Assembly (NCBI GenBank): GCA_018673485.1
Contig: JABHCP010000007.1
Span: forward strand, 9,890 to 73,889
DNA from: Candidatus Uhrbacteria bacterium
GTDB taxonomy: Bacteria; Patescibacteriota; Patescibacteriia; UBA9934
Length of the DNA: 64,000 bases
Reading direction: 5' to 3'
How positions within the stretch are numbered: position 1 is the stretch's first letter; each line of letters begins with the position of its first letter. This document shows positions 1-8,408 of this stretch, piece by piece. The position numbers were made by a program, and so were the translations under genes. The notes below the pieces were generated by a model. It saw only the letters and a list, made by a program, of their open reading frames with translations, did no database searches and was not told the origin of the DNA.

Positions 1-26
1 ATTGTTTGCGGTATAATATATCAAGT

Positions 27-1067
27 ATGATTGAGTCGAATTTTGATGAATCGTGTGAAGAGCCCAGAGAAGTCTCTGGGGGATCAAAGGATGAAGAAGA
101 GATCTTCGAGGTAAACCTACGACCGCGGTCACTCGCAGAATTTGTTGGGCAGGAGGAACTTAAAGATGGTTTAGACATCTTTATTAACGCTGCCAAAAAA
201 CGAGGTGAACCGATTGATCACACACTTCTTTACGGAAACCCAGGACTTGGAAAGACCACCTTAGCGCATATCATTGCTAATGAAATGGAAGGAAACATTA
301 GAATCACCAGTGGACCCGCCTTGGAACGTGTTGGTGACTTGGCTGCAATTTTATCCAACCTACAAAAAGGCGACATTTTGTTCATCGACGAGATTCATAG
401 AATGAATCGCGCAATCGAGGAAGTGCTCTATCCGGCAATGGAAGACTTTGCCCTGGACTTAGTAGTTGGAAAAGGACCATCAGCCCGCACTCTACGCCTA
501 GGCCTTGAAAAATTTACAATCATCGGAGCTACCACTCGCCCGTCACTACTATCCTCTCCACTTCGTGATAGATTTGGTTCAACTTATCGGCTTAACTTTT
601 ATAACAATGATGAAATGGGAAGCATCGTTAGTCGAAGTGCGGGAATCCTTGGAGTGAAAACAGATGACACAACCTGCCAAACCATCGCAGAACGTTCTCG
701 TAAAACACCACGAATTGCAAACCGACTTCTAAAACGAGTACGAGACTATTCTCAGGTAAAGCACGATGGAGATCTAACATCAGAAATTGCAAACGCAGCA
801 CTCGACATGCTCGCAATCGATCCGCTAGGGCTTGATGCGGTTGATCGCGGCATCCTGGAAGTGATTATCGATAAATTTCATGGTGGGCCTGTTGGACTAA
901 CAACTCTTGCCGCAGCAACCCAAGAAGAAACTGCTTCACTTGAAGAAATCTACGAACCATTCTTACTTCAACTCGGATTTATTGAAAGAACTCCTCGCGG
1001 ACGTATCGTTACCGACAAAGGATATGAACACTTAGGCCTTGAAAAACCAACTGACACACTTCTATGA
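27..1067 (+). CDS. ruvB: Holliday junction branch migration helicase RuvB
   Basis: LRP..L.EFVGQ, Walker [23 protein letters not shown] and [10 protein letters not shown] motifs; ATG at 27 preferred over TTG at 6. Confidence 0.97.
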   Translation: MIESNFDESCEEPREVSGGSKDEEEIFEVNLRPRSLAEFVGQEELKDGLDIFINAAKKRGEPIDHTLLYGNPGLGKTTLAHIIANEMEGNIRITSGPALERVGDLAAILSNLQKGDILFIDEIHRMNRAIEEVLYPAMEDFALDLVVGKGPSARTLRLGLEKFTIIGATTRPSLLSSPLRDRFGSTYRLNFYNNDEMGSIVSRSAGILGVKTDDTTCQTIAERSRKTPRIANRLLKRVRDYSQVKHDGDLTSEIANAALDMLAIDPLGLDAVDRGILEVIIDKFHGGPVGLTTLAAATQEETASLEEIYEPFLLQLGFIERTPRGRIVTDKGYEHLGLEKPTDTLL

Positions 1068-1321
1068 TCTTCCCAATGTACTATTTCCTAATCCTATACT
1101 GCGTCTTTCTTTTTGCAGGTGGAGTCTTTGTAATAATAAACGTAATGCATTTGCTTGCATTTGGCCTGCAAGGCTTCAAAACAGCATTTGTAGTACTCCT
1201 CTACCTTGGTGCGACAATTGCCATCATCGGTTATTCCTACGTGCTGATAATGCAATACGACTGGTCGCAGGAATTCATGTTGAGTGAATTTACAAGCTCA
1301 TTAATGAACCCAATTCTATGA
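1064..1321 (+). CDS. small membrane protein, 2 TM
   Basis: Two hydrophobic segments; ATGA overlap with the ruvB stop and with the next gene. Confidence 0.75.
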   Translation: MIFPMYYFLILYCVFLFAGGVFVIINVMHLLAFGLQGFKTAFVVLLYLGATIAIIGYSYVLIMQYDWSQEFMLSEFTSSLMNPIL

Positions 1322-1866
1322 TTAGCTTAAAGCAGTTACCGAATCAGGAAAGAGACGAGAAGGCGATTCTATTCCTACGGCGCCATTGGATAGAAGTGCT
1401 ACGCATTTTATTCTTTGCCTGTGTTTTTGCGGTGATACCCGTAATCTTCTACTACATACTTACCGACAATGGAGTAGACTGGAACGGTTACTGGGGTCAG
1501 TTTGGCGCGTTATTAGTATCGATCTATGCATTGTTCGCCTTGGCTATACTCATGACAATGTTTACAGACTATTATCTTGATACCTGGATTGTTACAACTC
1601 GTCGAGTAATTAACATTGAACAAAAGGGACTTTTCTCGCGCGTTATCTCCGAGCTTCACCTAAACCAAGTGCAAGACGTGACTGCAGAAACCCACGGATT
1701 CATAGCAACAATATTGAGCTACGGGCATGTCTATATCCAAACCGCAGGAACACGAGAACGATTTGAATTCAAAATGGTTAACGACCCAGTCAAAGTAAAG
1801 GCAAGAGTTTCCGAACTAGTAGAAAACGACAAAAGAATACACGGGGATGCATCAAAAGTGACTTAA
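1318..1866 (+). CDS. membrane protein with bacterial PH (bPH_2-like) domain
   Basis: 2 TM then WIVTTRRVINIEQKGLFSR..SEL.L..VQDV...GHVYIQTAG pattern. Confidence 0.85.
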   Translation: MISLKQLPNQERDEKAILFLRRHWIEVLRILFFACVFAVIPVIFYYILTDNGVDWNGYWGQFGALLVSIYALFALAILMTMFTDYYLDTWIVTTRRVINIEQKGLFSRVISELHLNQVQDVTAETHGFIATILSYGHVYIQTAGTRERFEFKMVNDPVKVKARVSELVENDKRIHGDASKVT

Positions 1867-1881
1867 TATAATTAAAACACT

Positions 1882-1910
1882 AAAGACCAGCTTCATCACT
1901 GGTCTTTTTT
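1882..1910. terminator. bidirectional intrinsic terminator
   Basis: aaagaccag-cttcatca-ctggtcttttt between convergent genes. Confidence 0.7.
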
Positions 1911-1987
1911 AAATACCTGACCACAGACTCAGTCTATGGCTTAGCTATTTCGGCTTAGCCCAAATGGCTAAGCCTTACTTATAATAT

Positions 1988-3067
1988 TTACTCAGTAGCA
2001 AGATTTAGCGATGACCTCTCCCAGTTAAAATTATCCCACGCCCAGCGTGCGAGTGTTGCTGCATCGTCGCAACTTTCACGTCGACCATCAGATCCTAATA
2101 ATACGATCAGTACAGATTTATCCTCACTGTCACCCATTGGGTGCATGCGTACGACTAAGTTCCAACCTGCTTCTGGTAAGTATCCTGTCTTACCAGCTGT
2201 CACATACACGTCATCATAGGCTGAATCGTAGAGTAGCCAGTTTGTGCTACTAATATCTCTTGTGTAATTATCGTCATTGAGTGCTTCAATATGAATTCCA
2301 GATGTGCCAGCGATCTTACGAAGGTTCTCGTTTGCAAATACCTCGCTAGCAAAATATGCGACCTCGCGTGCGGTCGACACATTATCAACTTCAATGCCAG
2401 TCGGATCTACAAAGACTGTGCTACGAAGATTTAATGATTGTGCAACTAAATTCATCTTGCTCACAAAGTCTTCTTTTTCAAAACCAGTCAAACGAGCAAT
2501 CGCATTTGCTGCATTGTTAGCCGACGCTACGAGTGTTGCCTTAAGCAAATCAATCACAGTAAACGTTGTTCCTCCATAAACCCATAACTTTGCTCCCCCC
2601 ACATCGTCCTCATCCTCCACCGAACCAATACCGCCACCATCAAGACCGTAGTCAAGCGCTGTCTTTGCAGTCATCAACTTTGTGATTGATGCAATCGGCC
2701 AAGACTGACCAGCGCTTTGAGCCGCAAGGATAGCACCAGTCTGATCATCGATTACAATATAGTTCGGAGTGGCTATTAATGGAGCGTTTGATAGACCCAG
2801 ATACGTTGCAGGTGCTACTTCCGGAGCATAATCTGAAAGCTCGTCATATGCCTGCCACCCATACTGCCTTGCCCAATCCTCAAGATCAATCAAAAATCCT
2901 GCACCCGACCCTTCAATGCCTTGATAAGTATCAGGATCAAATGCGCCCTGCAGATCTCCGCGTTCTTCATATATCTCGACGAGCTCATCGGTCATCGCAA
3001 AGCTCAAAGACGGCATCAATAATGACGCCGCTATGATTGTTAAAAATATGTTTCTTATAATGATCAT
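1988..3067 (-). CDS. D-alanyl-D-alanine carboxypeptidase (peptidase S11), secreted
   Basis: Signal peptide; ASITKLMT (SxxK), SANNAA (SxN) and GKTGY (KTG) motifs. Confidence 0.92.
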   Translation of the reverse strand: MIIIRNIFLTIIAASLLMPSLSFAMTDELVEIYEERGDLQGAFDPDTYQGIEGSGAGFLIDLEDWARQYGWQAYDELSDYAPEVAPATYLGLSNAPLIATPNYIVIDDQTGAILAAQSAGQSWPIASITKLMTAKTALDYGLDGGGIGSVEDEDDVGGAKLWVYGGTTFTVIDLLKATLVASANNAANAIARLTGFEKEDFVSKMNLVAQSLNLRSTVFVDPTGIEVDNVSTAREVAYFASEVFANENLRKIAGTSGIHIEALNDDNYTRDISSTNWLLYDSAYDDVYVTAGKTGYLPEAGWNLVVRMHPMGDSEDKSVLIVLLGSDGRRESCDDAATLARWAWDNFNWERSSLNLATE

Positions 3068-3085
3068 GTGTTTTCATTATCGAGA

Positions 3086-3243
3086 AGATCTCTCCTCGAC
3101 GTCGAGATGGTAATTATTTATCCATTTCGATGCACCGAAGAAATCCTCTAACTTCGATCGAACGTTGAGCTATCTACGGGATCCTTCCTCCTTCGCTAAA
3201 GCTACGGCGGACTTACAGTCGTCGCCTTACTCCTCTGGATGGT
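3086..3243. repeat. composite REP-like palindromic element
   Basis: agatctctcctcgacgtcgagatgg, cgatcgaacgttgag..gggatcc and ccttcgctaaagctacggcggac units; homologous to 42659-42760 and 63657-63681. Confidence 0.75.
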
Positions 3244-3273
3244 GGTTATTCTGAGTTCTGTATTCTGAGCTCA

Positions 3274-5100
3274 CTATTCCCACCAAGCCTCTAATTCAAT
3301 GTCTGTGTAGAAATACTTCAAAATCTCGTCCCACATGTAATCATCATTTGCCATGTGTAAGGCACCGAGTGCTGACATTCCGATTCCGTGGCCCCAAAGT
3401 ATGCCACCTTCTTCCCATGGGACTTCTACTGACTGGCACCAAGCCTTTGTGCCGTTCCACACTTCATCCCAAGACCGAGTTCGTCCGTCTGAGCGTGAGA
3501 AATACGGTGTAATCGCAAGCTCTCCATTATAGGTCACGATCGTACCCCGAGTATCAACAACCGCTTGCACGATTGTTGGCGAATCCTTCTCGTGCTCGTA
3601 TCCACGATACACCTGATCATCAGCATAAGCATTTACATGCATGAATTCTCCTCTTTCAGAAACCTCATAACGCGAATTTGCATAAGCATATGTCCTTGCT
3701 GCAGTCACTAAAGCTTTTTGATATTCAGCAGGTGACACGTCTGAAGTCTCAGCGAGCCCGTACAAATACTGCTCGATTGGTAATTCATTTATCACCCAAG
3801 TTCTTTCTTTATAGTCGTTATATCTTAACTCTAAAATATTTCGATATGTATTGTTTGCAAATCCTGCATTTCGAGTCTCGCGATAATCAAAGTTAACTAT
3901 CGTCATTACCGCGTTTTCCTCCTCTGGCACCCATCGAAGACCGTATGAAGAAACCTCCTGCCCACGCCCAAGATCAAAATAATATTTACCATCATCATAA
4001 TAACCTGTGACCAACTCTCCAGAGTCCAACTCTGCAAGCAAATTCCCTTGCGTGTCTTCAAGCCGGAAATCTGATTCATACGAAGTAATCACGGTTTCGT
4101 AATCTGTTTCTTCGTCTATGGTTAAAAGACCAACTCTGATAATTGGCTCTTCGTCCAATTGGTAATCGATCATTGCATCATCATCTTCATTATCAACTGT
4201 AGCCTCAGCGCCGCCTGTCACTTCAAATGGCAACTCAATGATTGCATCCTCAATCTGCTCTCCATTGGCTGAAAATTGGAATTCAGCTGTGTGAAAACCA
4301 TTTGTGACTGGTGACATTAAAGCGAAACTTATATAAGCAACTTCGCCGGGTGCCACTGGCTCACTAGCATAAGCAAGTTGAGATCCTGACCACGATGGGT
4401 GTTCAAAACTTACAGCTGACGATGCGTAAGCTACATCCATTTCATTTACTGAATACGATGTCCAGCTCTCTGTCCCAATATTTGTAAATCCAGCGGTCAT
4501 TAATATTGAAACTCCTGCTTTTGCCTTAATTGATTTGGCGCTCAAGATGGTCAACTCTGCCTCAAGCCCACTATCAGCTTCGTTAAGCTCTGTGATTGTT
4601 ATCATCTCCTGCACTTCGCTTGTAACATTAATTGAAAAACTAATCTCTCCTCCATCAACCCACGCAATATCCTCTGACGCTAAATGGAACACCTCCACAT
4701 AATCACCTTCAGTGCTTGGCGCGTGCAATTCGAACATCATACTTGCTGTTTCTCCAGGCACGACCACAGGTTCGATAATTCGTTTAACTTGATCCGGCCC
4801 AAGCCATGTTCCAGGATCAAATGAACTTGATCGATACTTTGGCTCATAAGTATAAAGGGAGATATATCCAGCGCCATCGTTATACCAAGTTAAGTCTCCG
4901 TTATTTAGAAATGTCACGCTAACCTCTTTTACTTCCCCTGGAGACATTGTCAGCTCGCCACTTCCAGAGATTGTGACAGGTACCGCCTCGTAAGATGCGG
5001 CCTGAACTGCAGTTGAGATAAAAAAGAACCCGCAAAGCATTAATGCGGTTAAAATTCCCCACTTTTGTAATACATTCATAGCGTTTTGCATTGGTTTCAT
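3274..5100 (-). CDS. SpoIID/LytB-domain cell-wall hydrolase with N-terminal Ig-like domains
   Basis: INELPIEQYLYGLAE, KA..TAARTYA, DQVYRGY and GHGIGMS motifs; two F.N.G..TW Ig-like repeats; signal peptide. Confidence 0.88.
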   Translation of the reverse strand: MKPMQNAMNVLQKWGILTALMLCGFFFISTAVQAASYEAVPVTISGSGELTMSPGEVKEVSVTFLNNGDLTWYNDGAGYISLYTYEPKYRSSSFDPGTWLGPDQVKRIIEPVVVPGETASMMFELHAPSTEGDYVEVFHLASEDIAWVDGGEISFSINVTSEVQEMITITELNEADSGLEAELTILSAKSIKAKAGVSILMTAGFTNIGTESWTSYSVNEMDVAYASSAVSFEHPSWSGSQLAYASEPVAPGEVAYISFALMSPVTNGFHTAEFQFSANGEQIEDAIIELPFEVTGGAEATVDNEDDDAMIDYQLDEEPIIRVGLLTIDEETDYETVITSYESDFRLEDTQGNLLAELDSGELVTGYYDDGKYYFDLGRGQEVSSYGLRWVPEEENAVMTIVNFDYRETRNAGFANNTYRNILELRYNDYKERTWVINELPIEQYLYGLAETSDVSPAEYQKALVTAARTYAYANSRYEVSERGEFMHVNAYADDQVYRGYEHEKDSPTIVQAVVDTRGTIVTYNGELAITPYFSRSDGRTRSWDEVWNGTKAWCQSVEVPWEEGGILWGHGIGMSALGALHMANDDYMWDEILKYFYTDIELEAWWE

Positions 5101-5162
5101 GCAGATTGATTATAGCGCACTCTCGGCGTTGGATAAAATATGTTTTCAACAGGATATTAACA

Positions 5163-5237
5163 AAACAAGAACCCCCACAACAGCGTAGAGATTCGAGTGT
5201 CAGACCAGTGGCCTGATACACCTCTACGGTGCGGGGG
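5163..5237 (-). terminator. terminal hairpin plus U-rich tail of the large RNA
   Basis: Minus strand ccccgcaccgtagag...ctctacgctgttgtggggg-ttcttgtttt. Confidence 0.6.
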
Positions 5238-5631
5238 TAGATTGGACGTTGTGGGGCCTAAGGCTCACCCACACCCGTCCGCTATGACACTGGCATGCAT
5301 TCCTCGCTCTATCCCGTTTGACGATTGGGATAGCCAAGGGCGAACATGTTCTCCAGCATCTACAGTGACCGCTTCAAAACCACCTCATGACGACCAGTAA
5401 CGTAGGGCCGCCATGGTGACTAGTGATCATCCACGGTCGTGAAAGGTGTGAAACATTGGATAAGTGAACTAGCCACCAATCCGAGGGCTAAGAAGGCTGT
5501 GTCTGGGGAGCCAAGAACCCAGGAGGAGCGCCCACACAAAGGCTCAACCACAGACACAGATACGTTAGCTTGCTACGAGTCTAGATCATTCCAATCAAGG
5601 AGGCCGTGGCCGTACTTGATCTAGGTCTCGC

Positions 5632-5678
5632 TTGCAAGCAACTGAGAAATGACAGAATCAGCTCTCAGTTAACTGCAA
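5632..5678 (-). repeat. 47-nt hairpin repeat, copy 2
   Basis: 41/47 identical to 6064-6110. Confidence 0.9.
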
Positions 5679-6063
5679 TGTTGAAAGTTATGGCCTGCCG
5701 GGAGCAAGTTTTGAACCAGGGAGCACCCAGTGCCCCCGGTCAGACCAAGAAGTTTTGTGGTGAGACACCAGAGGCGGTGACCACTCTGTGCAAGGAGTAG
5801 CCATCCGCTCTGGTGTCACTTTCGTATAGGTGGGTTGCGATCCACACCTAAACTCAGCTGCAATTACCGCGTCATGCACTCAGCCTCTTGGGGCAAGTGG
5901 TCATCCTTTTCCAGGATAATAGGGGCGTGCACTGATCTCTCCCCATAATGACGAAGTTCGTTCCGACATCTTAGCGCTTGGAGCGCTTTGATGTCCGCTG
6001 TATAGGCCACCACAGGCCTAGGAACTAAGTGAAGTTTGCTCGCAGGACCACTCAGGATCCTAC

Positions 6064-6110
6064 TTACAAGCAACTGAGAAGTGACAGTATCAACTCTCAG
6101 TTGCCTGCAA
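6064..6110 (-). repeat. 47-nt hairpin repeat, copy 1
   Basis: Minus strand ttgcaggcaactgagag-loop-ttctcagttgcttgtaa, 17-bp stem with three G-U pairs. Confidence 0.9.
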
Positions 6111-6112
6111 TC

Positions 6113-6178
6113 TTAAACTCCGATTGCTAGCAACGCGCCTATAACAAGCGAGTAACTAATATAAATAATTGTTTCCAT
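6113..6178 (-). CDS. putative 21-aa hydrophobic peptide METIIYISYSLVIGALLAIGV
   Basis: Strong SD (AGGAGG) 7 nt before ATG; single TM-like peptide in an AT-rich patch. Confidence 0.5.
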   Translation of the reverse strand: METIIYISYSLVIGALLAIGV

Positions 6179-6246
6179 ATATACACCTCCTAGATTATCA
6201 ATTTCTTAATCTCCTAGCAGGGGTCCCAGGGTTCGACAGATGTCTA

Positions 6247-6417
6247 TTACCTGGGAGTGATGTTGATGCGGCGGACACTTCCGTCCTTGCACCTAGTCAC
6301 TACGACCTTCGGCTTTGCGGCATGATCCGACGCCCTCGCCTGCTGCCGAAGCTTGGCAGGGGAGGTCGTGAACCACACACGCTGGCCCCGAAGAGGCCCG
6401 CACTGACTGGTATCCAT
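6247..6417 (-). CDS. putative 56-aa basic small protein (MDTSQCGPLRG...KPKVVVTRCKDGSVRRINITPR)
   Basis: GGAG 5 nt before ATG; open frame translated by hand. Confidence 0.3.
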   Translation of the reverse strand: MDTSQCGPLRGQRVWFTTSPAKLRQQARASDHAAKPKVVVTRCKDGSVRRINITPR

Positions 6418-7106
6418 AGTATCTCCATGTCAGGGTTGAACAGATTGTATTTCAGGGAACTGGGTCTCTCCTTTCCCAGTTCCCTGGAATAAATCCAGGG
6501 ATCTCTCAGTCTTTTCACAGACAGGTTGATGATTATATTCATAACCCTCCAGATGAACCGTCTCTGTCTCTATATAGCTGCCGAGGCAGCGGTGGTTATC
6601 AGCCGTTCACAACAGGGGTCGAGGTTTTGACGAATCCTCCAGACTCTCATCTGAACGCGCATGGGGGAATACGTCCAGGTGAGAATCAAGTGGATATTGA
6701 AATTGGATCGGGAGAGGAGCTACTGAGAGTGGCTCCTCCCCCGAAACACGATCGTACCTTGGTGAACCTCCGTTTGGACTATGGGGCTCACCAATGACCT
6801 ATCATACCCTCACCAGTACCTATCGCATGCGTTAGCACGCGATACCTAAATGGCTGGCGACAGGTGATATCGGTCTAATGACACTTCAAACTCGATACGT
6901 TAGGACGCAACCGCTGTGTCCAGCAGCAATCTGAATCGAGCTCAAATGGGACATGTCACCTTCCGCAAAACTGCGGTTCCCAGGAATATGGTGTGGTAAA
7001 TCACCTCTCCCTTGTCATCCCTCTGACAAGCTAAAGGAATGGCAAGGATGGTGATTTTTGTTGTTAAGTGCTCACTTGAGGAATCTGCCTCATCAGCGAA
7101 CAAGGA

Positions 7107-7135
7107 AATCTATCATATCTATCAGAATCTGTCAA
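7107..7135 (-). promoter_or_regulatory. sigma70 promoter TTGACA-17-TAGATT (extended -10 TG)
   Basis: Perfect -35 and 17-bp spacer, pointing into the 5163-7100 unit. Confidence 0.8.
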
Positions 7136-7262
7136 GCCCTTGATGTACAAAAAAGGTCATATTTGGGCATAATTGGCTAAAATTAAACAAAAAAAGAACC
7201 AATTTTCATCGGTTCTCCCTGTATAGTTTCAGCTTTATACTTTCAACTTTCTATCCTCCCCC

Positions 7263-7291
7263 TTGACAACCAACCACTTTTCATGTATAGT
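7263..7291 (+). promoter_or_regulatory. sigma70 promoter TTGACA-17-TATAGT
   Basis: Near-consensus; divergent from the 7107-7135 promoter. Confidence 0.8.
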
Positions 7292-7294
7292 ACT

Positions 7295-7575
7295 GGGTCG
7301 TGCTGCAGATCTGCGGCGCGCTACACTAGCGGCCCTGAGCCGCTACATCTCGGAGTCATCATGAACGCGTAACCCCGTTGCGCTGTGAGGACCCAACCCC
7401 ATCCAGCCTGGAAGGTTCACAAGTCAACTGGCCCAACGGCCAGATATCATCGCGAACGCACGCCCCGTGCGTCGTGAATAGGAAGACTTCTGCAACCAAT
7501 CAGGAGGTGTGATGTGGGAGGAGTTTAACCACAGCGCGGGCCGTCGACTAACCATCGGCGGCCTTCCTATTTTTT
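7295..7575 (+). ncRNA. candidate ~270-nt structured small RNA
   Basis: Own promoter; multibranch domain closed by gggtc/gaccc; two similar C-loop hairpins; terminator ggccgtcga/tcggcggcc then pyrimidine/U tract. Confidence 0.55.
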
Positions 7576-8322
7576 AAATATCAATTTTGGCTTTTTCCCA
7601 GACCTCCACATTGTCTCAAATAAAGCTCTCATGGAATTAGCAAACATCTCACTCTCCATAACGATAACTGTCATGGTGCCAATGTATGAAATAAAGAAAA
7701 TATATTTATCAAAAATTGTTATATTCCCTCTGAACTCTAAATCTTCCGGCAGTGTTCTATACTGATAACCCTTTCGTGGATTCCTAGCAGTACCCTGCAA
7801 TAAAATTCTAGCATTCTTTGGTGTGTGCTTGTATGCGCTTCTCGCGGAGAGCAAAACACCTTCATCTAGATAATCATAAACATCATCAACGTTGGAAATC
7901 TCATCAAACTCTCTTGGCTTTATTTTTTCTATATAATCAAAGTATGCAGTTAGTGCTTCCTTGCCCTCATACACCTTCACAATTGGCTTTGCACCTCCGC
8001 CTAACAACTTAAGTGCATCGATTGATCGAGTAACGTCCTCGATTTTTGTTTTGAACTTTTGCTGTTCTTCTTTTAGATACGAAACTATGCGCTCAGGATC
8101 CTCTGCAGCGTACAGCTGCTTCTTTCCAACAATGGAGCTGCTCATTAGGCCACGTTCTGAAAGCTGACTAATGGCGTCATAAGCGGCAGTTCGTGAGATG
8201 CCAGATTTTTGTGCAATAGCTTGCACTGGTGATGGTCCAAGCTCGAGTGCTGCTAAATAGACTTTTGATTCGCTAGGCATTAAACCAATGGACTCCAAAA
8301 GTGGTGTTAATTTTTTTCCCAT
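7567..8322 (-). CDS. TrmB-family transcriptional regulator
   Basis: GL...ESKVYLAALELG..IAQKSGISRTAAYD wHTH; VKVYEGKEAL C-terminal domain. Confidence 0.9.
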   Translation of the reverse strand: MGKKLTPLLESIGLMPSESKVYLAALELGPSPVQAIAQKSGISRTAAYDAISQLSERGLMSSSIVGKKQLYAAEDPERIVSYLKEEQQKFKTKIEDVTRSIDALKLLGGGAKPIVKVYEGKEALTAYFDYIEKIKPREFDEISNVDDVYDYLDEGVLLSARSAYKHTPKNARILLQGTARNPRKGYQYRTLPEDLEFRGNITIFDKYIFFISYIGTMTVIVMESEMFANSMRALFETMWRSGKKPKLIFKK

Positions 8323-8408
8323 AATATTTTATTTATGTACATATTTTATCACATTTTCGAAAAACTCGACTGTATACTGCCTACTGCATACTGTATACTG
8401 TTACTGCT

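Larger units (their letters stand above)
5163..7100 (-). ncRNA. candidate giant structured non-coding RNA of unknown family (~1.9 kb)
   Basis: Consensus promoter upstream, terminator-like hairpin plus U-tract at the 3' end, no credible long ORF, many stems with G-U pairs on the minus strand. Confidence 0.65.

Noticed and set aside
5197-6542. 60-107 aa ORF-track calls on both strands in the non-coding region
   Set aside because: Short, mutually overlapping, mostly non-ATG starts, no recognisable domains; consistent with chance frames in GC-rich structured sequence
7075-7096. Hammerhead ribozyme core CTGATGAG at the 5' end of the large RNA
   Set aside because: The following stem is not followed by GAAA and no stem I/III arrangement could be built
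5163-7100. rRNA, group I/II intron, RNase P RNA or tmRNA identity for the large non-coding region
   Set aside because: No universal rRNA motifs, no group II domain V, no interrupted host gene, no GAGGAAAGUCC and no tRNA-like ends seen by eye; an Rfam search is still needed
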